From a virus (Duplodnaviria; Caudoviricetes), in the IMG/VR virus record IMGVR_UViG_3300019762_000009, positions 1-56,506 of that record: a DNA stretch of 56,506 bases. The stretch is one strand, 5' to 3'. The notes beneath the pieces are model-generated. The model searched no databases. It worked only from the letters and a program-made list of their open reading frames with translations, and was not told the origin of the DNA. Positions 17,368-26,680 of this stretch are shown piece after piece. The number at the start of each line of letters is the position of its first letter. Position 1 is the first letter of the stretch. Made by a program: the position numbers and the translations under genes.

Positions 17368-18596
17368 TGGAACCACAATTCTTATACAAGAAAGATCGTA
17401 AGGGTAACTACCGTGTGTGGCGCACCTTTGCAGAGGGTGATCAGGTTGTCGTTGAGTACGGCTCCGAAGGTGGGAACCTTACTAGACGTAGCCGTACAGC
17501 TATTGCCAAGAATGTAGGCAAGAGCAACGCAACTACCCCAGAAGAACAGGCCCAAAAGGAAGCTGATGCATCTACTGCAATCCAGTTGACTAAGGGTTAC
17601 TTCTCTACAAAAGAACTGGCAGACAAAGGGCCAGACGTTCTCCTCCCAATGCGTGCTGTATTGTTCGATGATCAGGAGCATCTGGTCGATGAGCGGGGAT
17701 ATCATGGAGCATGGGCACAACCTAAGCTGAACGGTATCCGAGGTACACTTCAGTGGGTTGCAGAGGAAGAGAAGTATGGGTTCTTTACCAAGAGTGGTAA
17801 GCGTGTACCTTTCACGCATCTTGAAGACTCTTGGAATAACTCTGAAAAGGTTAAGCAATTTTTAAAAGAGCAGGGTGAAGATCGCAAGACACGATTCATG
17901 TGGGACGGTGAGTTCTATGTGCATGAGATGTCCTTGCAAGACCTTAGCTCTGTTGTCAATTCTGTACGTGAAGGTTCTAAGCATGAGCGTGAGGAACATG
18001 TAGACTTCATGATCTACGATGTTGTCTGTAAAGACGCTATGAAGATGACCTACACTACCAGACGTGGGGCGTTTATCCGACCTCTCGTCACCTACACAGA
18101 AGAGTCCAACAACCTGTTGTCCCTCAAGGATATTCAGCAACGTGGTGATGCACTGATTGAGCTTCGTGAGAAGGGTCAGTGTATGTTCGTCAAGGACAGA
18201 GCAATAAGTCTCTGGTCTGATATGGACCGTTTCTACGAGCGTTGTCTCTCCTACCACTTCGAAGGTACAATGTACCGTTATGACACAGAAGGTTACATCA
18301 CGAACCTTGCTCAGTCTAAGGCTTTGCAGAAACGCAAACCTTGGTATGACAATGAATTTGTCTGTGTTGGCAGCACAGTAGACGTAGAAGGCGGCATCGT
18401 ACTGGTGTTCCGTAATGATGTGAATGACCACACCTTCGAGCTTCGACCTAAAGGTACGTTGGAAGAACGTAAACAGATGGTAGCAGAAGCTGACAAGTAT
18501 TTAGGAACTATCCACACAGTCTCTTACCGAGAGAGGACGAAGGACAATGATCTTCCCTTCCACTGTTCGCTCGAAATTGAGAGAAATTATGAATAA
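17367..18596 (+). CDS. ATP-dependent DNA ligase with N-terminal WGR-like domain
   Basis: QPKLNGIR (motif I), DGEFY, FMIYD, EGTMYR, LQKRK. Confidence 0.88.
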   Translation: MEPQFLYKKDRKGNYRVWRTFAEGDQVVVEYGSEGGNLTRRSRTAIAKNVGKSNATTPEEQAQKEADASTAIQLTKGYFSTKELADKGPDVLLPMRAVLFDDQEHLVDERGYHGAWAQPKLNGIRGTLQWVAEEEKYGFFTKSGKRVPFTHLEDSWNNSEKVKQFLKEQGEDRKTRFMWDGEFYVHEMSLQDLSSVVNSVREGSKHEREEHVDFMIYDVVCKDAMKMTYTTRRGAFIRPLVTYTEESNNLLSLKDIQQRGDALIELREKGQCMFVKDRAISLWSDMDRFYERCLSYHFEGTMYRYDTEGYITNLAQSKALQKRKPWYDNEFVCVGSTVDVEGGIVLVFRNDVNDHTFELRPKGTLEERKQMVAEADKYLGTIHTVSYRERTKDNDLPFHCSLEIERNYE

Positions 18597-18873
18597 GGAC
18601 TCGTGGATTTTAGCGAATCCTGTAGAAGACGACTCCTTGCAGCTACGCATCGATAAGACTGCTTCCCTTCTAAAGGAAGTCCTGCCTATTAAGGATCAGG
18701 CTAAGCAGTTTGCAGAAGTTCTCAGCTTACTTGTTGAGTTGCAGATGTTTCGTAGTAAGTACCCCGAAAGAATAACAGCCTTGGCTGAACCCTCTGATTC
18801 TCAGATACCTCTACGGTTATCCGATGGTGGAGAAGAGTTGTCTTGGCTTATACCTTATACAAGGACTACATAA
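18589..18873 (+). CDS. Hypothetical protein
   Basis: ATG overlaps the ligase end. Confidence 0.7.
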   Translation: MNKDSWILANPVEDDSLQLRIDKTASLLKEVLPIKDQAKQFAEVLSLLVELQMFRSKYPERITALAEPSDSQIPLRLSDGGEELSWLIPYTRTT

Positions 18874-19418
18874 TGAATGAAGACTTTGATCCTCGTGAAG
18901 AACTGGCAGTAGCTGAACGTGAACTTAGCAAGCTTGACAAGGAACTTGAACAGCTTAATGCGTGGCGTAAGCAAGACGCAGAAGCGTGGGAAGCCTCTGT
19001 CATGAAGCCTCGATACCAGAAGTCTCGTGACCTTGCTCACAAAGTAGCTACTCTTGAGAAAGCAGTAGAAGAGCAGGAGATTGCGGACTTTGGGCCTTTG
19101 GAATTTAGCCACTCTTTCAACCGAGTAATTAAGAACCTTCGAGTTCTCGCAGAAAAACTGCCCGACTCTTGGAATCTGGAAATTCAAAATCCAGAAAGTC
19201 CTGTAGTCGAAGCCTTCAAAACTATCCTTGCCCTCACTGGCATTATTCTGGACAATGATATCCATGAATTTGTGCTTGAAGATTACAAACTTAAAGAGCG
19301 TGTACTGCGTGATGACCCTGACTACGATGCAGGTACTCAGTGTTACAACTGTGCCTGTTCTGAGTTTGATCATGGCCGTTGTGACAGAGAAGACCAGTAT
19401 ATCTGGAGGGTAGTATAG
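18873..19418 (+). CDS. Hypothetical coiled-coil protein with Cys-rich C-terminus
   Basis: TAATG translational coupling. Confidence 0.8.
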   Translation: MNEDFDPREELAVAERELSKLDKELEQLNAWRKQDAEAWEASVMKPRYQKSRDLAHKVATLEKAVEEQEIADFGPLEFSHSFNRVIKNLRVLAEKLPDSWNLEIQNPESPVVEAFKTILALTGIILDNDIHEFVLEDYKLKERVLRDDPDYDAGTQCYNCACSEFDHGRCDREDQYIWRVV

Positions 19419-19951
19419 TGATAGGCAATACTCTTACTGAACTGACTGGTGAAAAGAATCCAGTAGAATTTACTGTAGCCAATCCTTTTAAAGGGTTGAC
19501 AATGAACTTCCATGATCCTTTGAATCAGTATGCTGAAGTGGTACAGCCTCAGCTTGAAACTGATGAAGGCTTCCGTGGTAAACCATATAAGGATACCGAA
19601 GGTCTGTGGACTGTGGGGTATGGATGGTGTCTTGAACGCCGTGACCTGCCTAAACCATTGGCTCAACTTATCCTTGCATGGCAAATTGCAGAGACCGTAG
19701 AAGAAATGCTTCATGAAGATCGACTTCGTGAGCTTCTGGAAGAGGGGTCCAAAGAACTCCGTGCAGTCTTGATCAATATGGCCTTCAATCTTGGCATTGC
19801 CGGACTGATGGGTTTCAACAATTTCCTCACAGCCCTCGAAGAAGAAGACTATACAAAGGCTTCCGAAGAGATGTTGGACAGTAAGTGGGCAAGACAGGTT
19901 AAATCCCGTGCTACCCGACTGTCTGATATCATTCGAGCTATGGCTGATTAA
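19418..19951 (+). CDS. Endolysin, T4-type lysozyme (GH24)
   Basis: E-x8-D-x5-T triad in DEGFRGKPYKDTEGLWT; NMAFNLG; SKWARQV. Confidence 0.9.
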   Translation: MIGNTLTELTGEKNPVEFTVANPFKGLTMNFHDPLNQYAEVVQPQLETDEGFRGKPYKDTEGLWTVGYGWCLERRDLPKPLAQLILAWQIAETVEEMLHEDRLRELLEEGSKELRAVLINMAFNLGIAGLMGFNNFLTALEEEDYTKASEEMLDSKWARQVKSRATRLSDIIRAMAD

Positions 19952-19970
19952 CAGAAACTAGGAGGTGGCT

Positions 19971-20291
19971 ATGAGAGCTATCAACCAGAGAACTAAGAAG
20001 ACTCTCCTCGTATGCGATGGTTGTCTTCACGAAACACGGGACGGTTACATGCTGTCCAATGATCTGTGGGATTCTCTTGGTATGAAATCCCATAGCCATT
20101 TGTGTTTCGATTGCTTGCAGAAACGAGCAAAAGAAAAGGGTCACAACAAGTTCACTCGACAGGACTTCGTTATGTTCCCTATCAACTTCGAGATTCTCGG
20201 TATGATTAACCGAAGTCCCGAAGGCTACATTACTGAACTGCCTAAGGCTACTCGTCAGGTTATCCTTGATGAGTATGAGACAGTTCACTAG
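19971..20291 (+). CDS. Hypothetical Zn-finger protein
   Basis: GGAGG RBS; CDGC...LCFDC. Confidence 0.8.
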   Translation: MRAINQRTKKTLLVCDGCLHETRDGYMLSNDLWDSLGMKSHSHLCFDCLQKRAKEKGHNKFTRQDFVMFPINFEILGMINRSPEGYITELPKATRQVILDEYETVH

Positions 20292-20380
20292 TCAATGCGC
20301 CGTGAAGTTATACAATCAATTCCATTGTTGTGTTGGCCCCTCGTTTATCGATGTGGGCCTTCACTCCTTAAGAGGACACC

Positions 20381-21574
20381 ATGATAGAAGTACAGACACA
20401 AGATATTCCACAAACAGTGGATGCTATTATTTTTTATGATGACGATGCAGACGGACATTGTGCTGCATACACTGTCGCCCACTTCCTGAATAACAAACGT
20501 ACTACAGAAGAGAAGGCCGAGAATCCACTCAACGTATGCTTTCAGGTACGTGATCGCACTAAGGCTGAAATGGACCATGTGTCTATTATTAAAGCTGTAG
20601 ATGCCAATCAGATTTTCTTTGTAGATTACACACCAGAAGACCTCAATGGTATTTCTGAACTGCTTGAGAAAGGTACTCTCCACGCAGATCGTGTACAGAT
20701 TTTTGATCATCACCCCTCTGCAACAGCCATTTATAAGAAGCTGACGCATCGTGGTAAAGTAAACCTGATGCTGGGCGCAGAAGTCTCCGCATCAGAGCTT
20801 GCGTGGTTTGCTATGCAGATGGAAGAACTCTTTGAGAACCCTGCGGGTATGTTCGATGAGTTCAACAAAGATGATCTTGCTATTTATACAGACCTGACTA
20901 CCGGAATGGATAAAGAGACCTTCGTAGAGAAGTACTCCGCAGAAGAGTATGGACGTTGTTGTGTGGATATCCTTTATGATGAGTGTCAAGATGTAAAACC
21001 TTTGCCAATTGCCGTGTCTCTCATCGGACGTTATGACGTATGGGATCACGGATTCTCCGAACATGTTGTACCATTCCAGTATGGTCTCAACATTGTAGAT
21101 CACGACCCGTCTAACGTAGCTCTGTGGTCTACTCTTTTCAATGCCAAGTACGCTGAGAAGGACGCTGAACCTAGGGTGATCGAGAACATCGTAGGTATGG
21201 GCATGACTGTTGCCGCCTATAAAGAATCTACAGATGCTTGGTTAATGACACAGGCTACTGAACGGACATTCAGAGCCAGAGACGGAAAGACATATAATGT
21301 CCTCTTCGTCAACGCACCAGTAGGAAGTTCCTATGTATATGAGCATCATGAAGCGTGGGCCACAGCAGACTTCTCTATGTCTGCTTATTACAACGCTGAC
21401 GGAGATTTGAAAGTCTCCATGAGAAAGCCTACCGAGAACTCCTCTGGTGTTGACCTCTCTGCTCTCGCACAGGTATATGGTGGCGGAGGCCACAAAAACG
21501 CAGCAGGGTTTGTGGTTAAGAAAAGCCATAATGTAACACCTTCTGTATTCCTGCATGAGCAGTTAGGTTTGTAG
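20381..21574 (+). CDS. DHH/DHHA1 family phosphoesterase
   Basis: DADG, FVD, FDHH and GGGHKNAAG motifs. Confidence 0.9.
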   Translation: MIEVQTQDIPQTVDAIIFYDDDADGHCAAYTVAHFLNNKRTTEEKAENPLNVCFQVRDRTKAEMDHVSIIKAVDANQIFFVDYTPEDLNGISELLEKGTLHADRVQIFDHHPSATAIYKKLTHRGKVNLMLGAEVSASELAWFAMQMEELFENPAGMFDEFNKDDLAIYTDLTTGMDKETFVEKYSAEEYGRCCVDILYDECQDVKPLPIAVSLIGRYDVWDHGFSEHVVPFQYGLNIVDHDPSNVALWSTLFNAKYAEKDAEPRVIENIVGMGMTVAAYKESTDAWLMTQATERTFRARDGKTYNVLFVNAPVGSSYVYEHHEAWATADFSMSAYYNADGDLKVSMRKPTENSSGVDLSALAQVYGGGGHKNAAGFVVKKSHNVTPSVFLHEQLGL

Positions 21575-21583
21575 TACACCCAT

Positions 21584-21696
21584 GACCGCCCTTTGAGATA
21601 CCCATTAGACCTGAGTTGATAGACGTATTAACAGGCAACCTGACAGCACCTGTCACTATGATGGGTAGGTGCATCTCATTGGGCGGTTTTTTTTTT
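21584..21696 (+). ncRNA. Structured element (three-way junction with possible pseudoknot) ending in a U tract
   Basis: Outer stem ACCGCCC/GGGCGGT plus TGAGAT/ATCTCA, inner stems, then about 10 T. Confidence 0.55.
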
Positions 21697-21712
21697 CTAA
21701 GGAGGAATGTGA

Positions 21713-22000
21713 ATGAGTCATACATTTAGCCCGAAGCTAACACACATGATCCAAGACCGGATGCTTCGCCGACTTGATGTACCTGTGGCAGAACCTTGGG
21801 GGCAACTGCCCGAAGGCTTCACCCCACCAGAGTGGAAGCCAGACACCCACGAGGACTTCCAAAGAGATGTCGATCTTGAACGCATCGAACATTTAATCGT
21901 AGCATACACACAGAAGTACGGCGACGTCCCTATCAGAGAAGACTGGGATGAGGAGTTAATTTTAGAATACTACGAATTACCACGAGGTGTACATGATTAA
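21713..22000 (+). CDS. Hypothetical protein
   Basis: AAGGAGG RBS; 95 aa. Confidence 0.8.
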   Translation: MSHTFSPKLTHMIQDRMLRRLDVPVAEPWGQLPEGFTPPEWKPDTHEDFQRDVDLERIEHLIVAYTQKYGDVPIREDWDEELILEYYELPRGVHD

Positions 22001-22799
22001 AGCACCTACGGTAAACGTAATGACTAAAGATCACCCATTCTACCAGCCCTATTCTGACGCTATGCGTATTGGGACAGAGGGTTGGGCGAAGGCCGCACAA
22101 CTAGCTAAACGTCTTTCCAAGTATGAAGACTCAAAGGATTTTAATATGAAGACAACTGTTGAATATATTGAATCTTCACATGAAGTGACAAAAGAATTTC
22201 CTGATGATTTACTCAACCAGATTGCAGAGACTGCTCGTATCTGCTACCGCAAAGAAGACAGCCAATATCCAGATGAGACTAACGAGAAGTTCGTTAAGCG
22301 CATCATCAAGTTAGGCCACGAATCCGTACTAGAACATTTCAACCTCTCTGCTGTATTTATGACAAGTCGGGGAGTTACCCATGAGTTTGTGCGTCACCGT
22401 CATACAGCCTATACACAGGAGTCTACACGCTACGTAGGATACGGCAACAAGATTGTTGTTATCATCCCCGCTTGGTTCAAGGAACTTACTGGTGAGGCTC
22501 ATGAAGAATTTCAGAAGCGTGCCCTTTGGCAGACAGCTATTGAATCTGCCGCAGAACACTATTCTCAGATGCTTGGCCTTGGACATACAAAGCAAGAAGC
22601 TCGTGGCGTACTGCCACATGATGTAGCTGCGAAGCTCAAGGTTACAACAAACCTTCGAGAGTGGAGACACATCTTCCGTTTGCGTTGTGCAAAGGATGCT
22701 CATCCAGACATTCGAGAACTACTGATGCCTCTTCTTGAAGACTTGGTAGCAGAGTTCCCTGAACTTTTTCAAGATGTATACGACGCTGTAACAAAGTAG
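21993..22799 (+). CDS. thyX: Flavin-dependent thymidylate synthase
   Basis: GHESVLEH and the ThyX signature RHRHTAYTQESTRY; EARGVLP; NLREWRH. Confidence 0.95.
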   Translation: MIKAPTVNVMTKDHPFYQPYSDAMRIGTEGWAKAAQLAKRLSKYEDSKDFNMKTTVEYIESSHEVTKEFPDDLLNQIAETARICYRKEDSQYPDETNEKFVKRIIKLGHESVLEHFNLSAVFMTSRGVTHEFVRHRHTAYTQESTRYVGYGNKIVVIIPAWFKELTGEAHEEFQKRALWQTAIESAAEHYSQMLGLGHTKQEARGVLPHDVAAKLKVTTNLREWRHIFRLRCAKDAHPDIRELLMPLLEDLVAEFPELFQDVYDAVTK

Positions 22800-22807
22800 A
22801 GGTTACT

Positions 22808-23119
22808 ATGGACGCACCAACCCTTCCGTTTACGCACTGTCCTTTATGCAAAAGCTCTGATATAATCTTAAATTCTGATGGTGAATATCATGAATGCTAC
22901 TCTTGTGCCTTGCAGTGGACCAATCCTAAATATACTGAGCAATCCTTAGTGGGGCAAATACAGAGTCTTCTGGAGAAGTGTGCTAGTACTGACGAGAAAG
23001 ACCAGACCTATGTGAACCCTTACTTTGTGGCTGATCTGATAAAAGGTCTAAGCAGCTATTATGCATATGTGCCATCAGACGAAGTATCTGAGTGGGCTAC
23101 TGGTCTATACGAGATGTGA
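22808..23119 (+). CDS. Hypothetical Zn-ribbon protein
   Basis: CPLC...CYSC; GAGG RBS. Confidence 0.78.
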   Translation: MDAPTLPFTHCPLCKSSDIILNSDGEYHECYSCALQWTNPKYTEQSLVGQIQSLLEKCASTDEKDQTYVNPYFVADLIKGLSSYYAYVPSDEVSEWATGLYEM

Positions 23120-23448
23120 TGAATAAATTTAACCCAACTTATTTTTTAGGAGACGTGGAACATATGCCATATGCCGTAAGAGTACATTGTATTAGTCGTT
23201 GTCCTAATTGTGCAGGTAAATTTAGCATGATGCCTACAGCAGTATACTATTCTGACAAGAAAGCTTACTGTTCTAAACGTCAAACAACGGAATGCCCAAC
23301 CTGTAAAAAAACCCTTACAATATCCTTCGAGATATCTATGGAAGAGTTTCCTAAGTATGATGCTTGTAAAACTCCGTACCTTGATGCCACGCCTAGCGTG
23401 GTGGTCTCCAGTGAAAGACAGAGTTGGGCTTTTAACGATCCAGAATAA
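23119..23448 (+). CDS. Hypothetical Zn-ribbon protein
   Basis: TGATG coupling; CPNC...CPTC. Confidence 0.75.
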   Translation: MNKFNPTYFLGDVEHMPYAVRVHCISRCPNCAGKFSMMPTAVYYSDKKAYCSKRQTTECPTCKKTLTISFEISMEEFPKYDACKTPYLDATPSVVVSSERQSWAFNDPE

Positions 23449-23458
23449 GGAGTATGAT

Positions 23459-23809
23459 ATGACAGAATCTTGGAATCATATCCCCGACAGTTTCCACGTC
23501 GGGCAGAATAAAATACCAATGCTCGTTTACCGAGATGTACTTCCCTTACAAAGAAAAGTAGATGACGGAACTTTAGCATTGGGTGGATATGATCCAGTGA
23601 CTGACCGTATCGAACTTCTTGCACAGGAAGAAGCACCACATAGAATCTATGAGACTCTGGTGCATGAGATGATTGAGGCTATTAACTTCAAATATGAATT
23701 GAACCTCGAACATCCACAGATTAAAACTCTCGGAGTCGCTTTGCATCAGGGTCTTTGCTCTGGTAAGTTTGGCTTCGGGGAAGACGGAACTGTATTTCGT
23801 GTACAGTAG
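23459..23809 (+). CDS. Small zincin-like phage protein (HExxE variant)
   Basis: AAGGAG RBS; ETLVHEMIEA. Confidence 0.7.
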   Translation: MTESWNHIPDSFHVGQNKIPMLVYRDVLPLQRKVDDGTLALGGYDPVTDRIELLAQEEAPHRIYETLVHEMIEAINFKYELNLEHPQIKTLGVALHQGLCSGKFGFGEDGTVFRVQ

Positions 23810-23820
23810 GAGCATATAGA

Positions 23821-24315
23821 ATGGTTAATAAAAACCTCATCGATACTTTGGTAGCAGCCTTGAGAGAATACAGCATCCGCTTCTCTGACCTCTACCCTAC
23901 GAAAGAGCAGACAGTAAACTCTATGAACCGCAAGCGTGCCTGTCAGGACGTGGCTACGGCTTTTGCAGAAGATTCTCGCACACGTATGAAAAAGCGTTTA
24001 TGGGCATTGCAGGAACCTCAGGCTACTAAGTACGACTCCTGTGCTGAGTACGTCGCTGCCCATATGGTTTGGGCTAATAATGAGCCACGTATCTCATACT
24101 ACAGTGTAGACCAGACCTTGCAGAAGCTCAGCACAATCGAAGCTGTGGCTAATGTGTATCCAGATGACATGACTAAAGAGGACTTCAAAGCTCTTCTCGT
24201 AGCCCTTCAGGATCGCACGAACACGTCTCTGCGTACCGTTGCAGACAGAGTGAACCACATTTACTCAAACAAGTTAACCCGTAGTTCTACTGGAGTTGCT
24301 CATGCCCGTATCTAA
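23821..24315 (+). CDS. Hypothetical protein
   Basis: AGGAG RBS; 164 aa. Confidence 0.8.
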   Translation: MVNKNLIDTLVAALREYSIRFSDLYPTKEQTVNSMNRKRACQDVATAFAEDSRTRMKKRLWALQEPQATKYDSCAEYVAAHMVWANNEPRISYYSVDQTLQKLSTIEAVANVYPDDMTKEDFKALLVALQDRTNTSLRTVADRVNHIYSNKLTRSSTGVAHARI

Positions 24316-24748
24316 TATTGTATCAAAGATGGTTAATCACCCACAGTGGAACTTCAAGGAGTTCGTTGATCCAGATAAACTTTGGACTCGTATCAATATG
24401 AAGTTGGGTTACGTAAAAGCTTGCAGACAGTATATTAAGGATGCCAATTTCAGATACATCCTGAACCTTTCTGACTATGCTCACGCTCTTTGGGAGCCTA
24501 CTGAGAACTTGTCTGAGGAAGCCCTCACAGAACTCTACCTTGAATGGGGTACACGTAATGATGAGATTTGTCAGAGTAAGAAGTACCTTGATCAGCAGAT
24601 CAAAGAGTATAAGAATGCCATTGAAGAGTTCTATAGTATGACTGATTTGGCGCAAGTCTACTCCTCCGTTACGCACGAAGAAGAACTGGAAATTCTGGAC
24701 TTCTTCAACAAAGAAGTCTCTGTAAAAACATCCACAAAGGTGAATTAA
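24302..24748 (+). CDS. Hypothetical protein
   Basis: GGAG RBS before ATG 24302. Confidence 0.8.
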   Translation: MPVSNIVSKMVNHPQWNFKEFVDPDKLWTRINMKLGYVKACRQYIKDANFRYILNLSDYAHALWEPTENLSEEALTELYLEWGTRNDEICQSKKYLDQQIKEYKNAIEEFYSMTDLAQVYSSVTHEEELEILDFFNKEVSVKTSTKVN

Positions 24749-24749
24749 C

Positions 24750-25196
24750 ATGAACTTGCATGATCGCATTAAGACCCTTATGAATCTCGTGGAAGATGAA
24801 TGGCAGCTTCGTCAGCCTATCCACACAGCTATGGCAGCGATGTCCTCTGAGAACATTTCAGACAACCTGTTTACTGCAGACCTTTCCGCAGAAGAGTCCG
24901 ACAAAAGAGATGTACGTATAAGTGAGCAGCGTTATCTCAGAGACTATGCAACACATGAACTTAACCTGTTGTCTAACGGGCCTGATCATTACACATCTGT
25001 CCTCAGTGAGACAGCAAAGGATTCTTCTTATCGCTCTCTTGTAAGCCACCGTGACGATCTTGCCCTGACTCTCTTGTTGAACCATTCAGTGATCCCGCTG
25101 ATCAAGGAGATCGTTAAGAAAGCTATCGAGCAAAATTCTGTACATGAGGTCCGTCGTATTCTGGACCTTGCTCTTGAAACCTCTAGCTGCTTCTAG
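24750..25196 (+). CDS. Hypothetical protein
   Basis: Tightly packed 148-aa ORF. Confidence 0.8.
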   Translation: MNLHDRIKTLMNLVEDEWQLRQPIHTAMAAMSSENISDNLFTADLSAEESDKRDVRISEQRYLRDYATHELNLLSNGPDHYTSVLSETAKDSSYRSLVSHRDDLALTLLLNHSVIPLIKEIVKKAIEQNSVHEVRRILDLALETSSCF

Positions 25197-25204
25197 GAGA
25201 TATC

Positions 25205-25795
25205 ATGTTCGAATATACACTTCGACGTCTTGTTGACAAAGCCTCGGTGGACGCTTTCACATTCTTCATCAAGAATCCAATGGATATGTCTTTGGAATAC
25301 TGGTTGCACCAGACAGATACTGAATCTGACCTCTACCTCCGTAAGAGTCTTATCAATACACTTGAAGAACTTGTTCAGTCCGGTGACAACTTTGATACTT
25401 CTTTGGAAAACTGCGAGAAGGCTCTGAAAGAAACCATCGATCTCTCTCATTCAGATATTCGCCTGTACAATGCACAGATTAAGGACTACGAACATTCTCG
25501 CAACCGCCAGTGTTTTCTGTTGGAAGCAGAAGATATGGATGTCTCATCTAAAGATATTCGCAGTTCTGAGTTACGTAAGCTTAACCGCTCTGCTTCCGCA
25601 AAGGTGTTCGAATACAAGATCGATCAGACAGAAGCTTACCGCAAGACTGTAGAAAAGGAACTGGGTTCTGCTAAACAGGCTCTTGCATTCCTCAATACAA
25701 TGAAGCTTCTGTTTAAGTGTCGTGAAGATATCATTGACTATTTCATCGACTGTGGCCTTGACGTTCGAGACAAGAAAATTTACTGTACTAAATAA
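25205..25795 (+). CDS. Hypothetical helical protein
   Basis: AGGAG RBS; 196 aa. Confidence 0.82.
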   Translation: MFEYTLRRLVDKASVDAFTFFIKNPMDMSLEYWLHQTDTESDLYLRKSLINTLEELVQSGDNFDTSLENCEKALKETIDLSHSDIRLYNAQIKDYEHSRNRQCFLLEAEDMDVSSKDIRSSELRKLNRSASAKVFEYKIDQTEAYRKTVEKELGSAKQALAFLNTMKLLFKCREDIIDYFIDCGLDVRDKKIYCTK

Positions 25796-25929
25796 TGAAA
25801 CAGATCGCAGAGTTTCTGTGGGAGCATGATGATGGGCTGTTCTACACCTTGGTTAACTTCGAGGGGTGGCACAGCCTAGTCACAACTGGTTCCTATAATT
25901 GGGCCACCTTCTCAGAGACAGACCATTAA
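25795..25929 (+). CDS. Small 44-aa protein (MKQIAEFLWEHDDG...) below the ORF-track cutoff
   Basis: TAATG coupling to the upstream gene; open to TAA at 25927-25929. Confidence 0.5.
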   Translation: MKQIAEFLWEHDDGLFYTLVNFEGWHSLVTTGSYNWATFSETDH

Positions 25930-26005
25930 ATTTCCGCACCTATTGAGAGAAGTTCTCGTGTGCTGACTCCACAAGAGGGCTAGTGTCTTCATACAAAATG
26001 GAGAT

Positions 26006-26632
26006 ATGATGAAAACTAAAAAGAAAATGACTTGGGGTGAACGCATCAAAGGTTGGTTCGGTTTCGAACCTATGCCAGAAGAGGCAAAGACCTTTATGCT
26101 GGATGTCGAGTACATCCTTGAATCCTGTAAGGATGTGATCAAGTATGCAGTGGAAGGAACCTACTTGCCAACAGAAGTTCAGAAAGCTTTTGATAAAGCT
26201 GTGAAGGAACGCTCTGTTAAGAAGCAGGAAGAAGTCTTCCGTGAGCACTTGATGTGTACCCTTGGTGGGGCAGCAGAGATGCCTAAGGCTCTCCTTGCTG
26301 CACTAGATGAATGGGAGAAGACGGGTAAGAAACCTGCTCTGCTTAACAACGTAGTAGTAACTAAAGAGACAATCCCTGCAAGACGTGAAGTACTCCTCGC
26401 TCAGGCAACCCTTGCCGAACAGGAAGACCACGATGCACAGGAAGTGTACGAATCTTTTAAATGGTTGCTCAAAGTTGTGCCTGTATTTAAGAAGTATAAC
26501 TACTCTCTTAAAGAACTCATGGAGATTCTGACAGAAGGTTCTAACCTTGTTGACGATTTCTTCGATGACTTCAAACTGGATGCTAAGAAACTTGCTGAGT
26601 TTGTGTTTACTCGCATGAAGCACTCCTTATAA
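26006..26632 (+). CDS. Hypothetical protein
   Basis: GGAG RBS; last gene of the + arm. Confidence 0.85.
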   Translation: MMKTKKKMTWGERIKGWFGFEPMPEEAKTFMLDVEYILESCKDVIKYAVEGTYLPTEVQKAFDKAVKERSVKKQEEVFREHLMCTLGGAAEMPKALLAALDEWEKTGKKPALLNNVVVTKETIPARREVLLAQATLAEQEDHDAQEVYESFKWLLKVVPVFKKYNYSLKELMEILTEGSNLVDDFFDDFKLDAKKLAEFVFTRMKHSL

Positions 26633-26636
26633 AAAG

Positions 26637-26678
26637 AAAGCCCCCACCGTCCGTAATGGATAGTAGGGGCTTTTTTTA
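26637..26678. terminator. Bidirectional terminator between the converging arms
   Basis: AAAGCCCC...GGGGCTTT stem flanked by an A tract and a T tract. Confidence 0.85.
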
Positions 26679-26680
26679 TC

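Noticed and set aside
21634-21672. SAM-I riboswitch call based on GGCAACC...GGTGC
   Set aside because: The P1/J1-2 signature and kink-turn P2 are not recognisable; kept only as an unassigned structured RNA.
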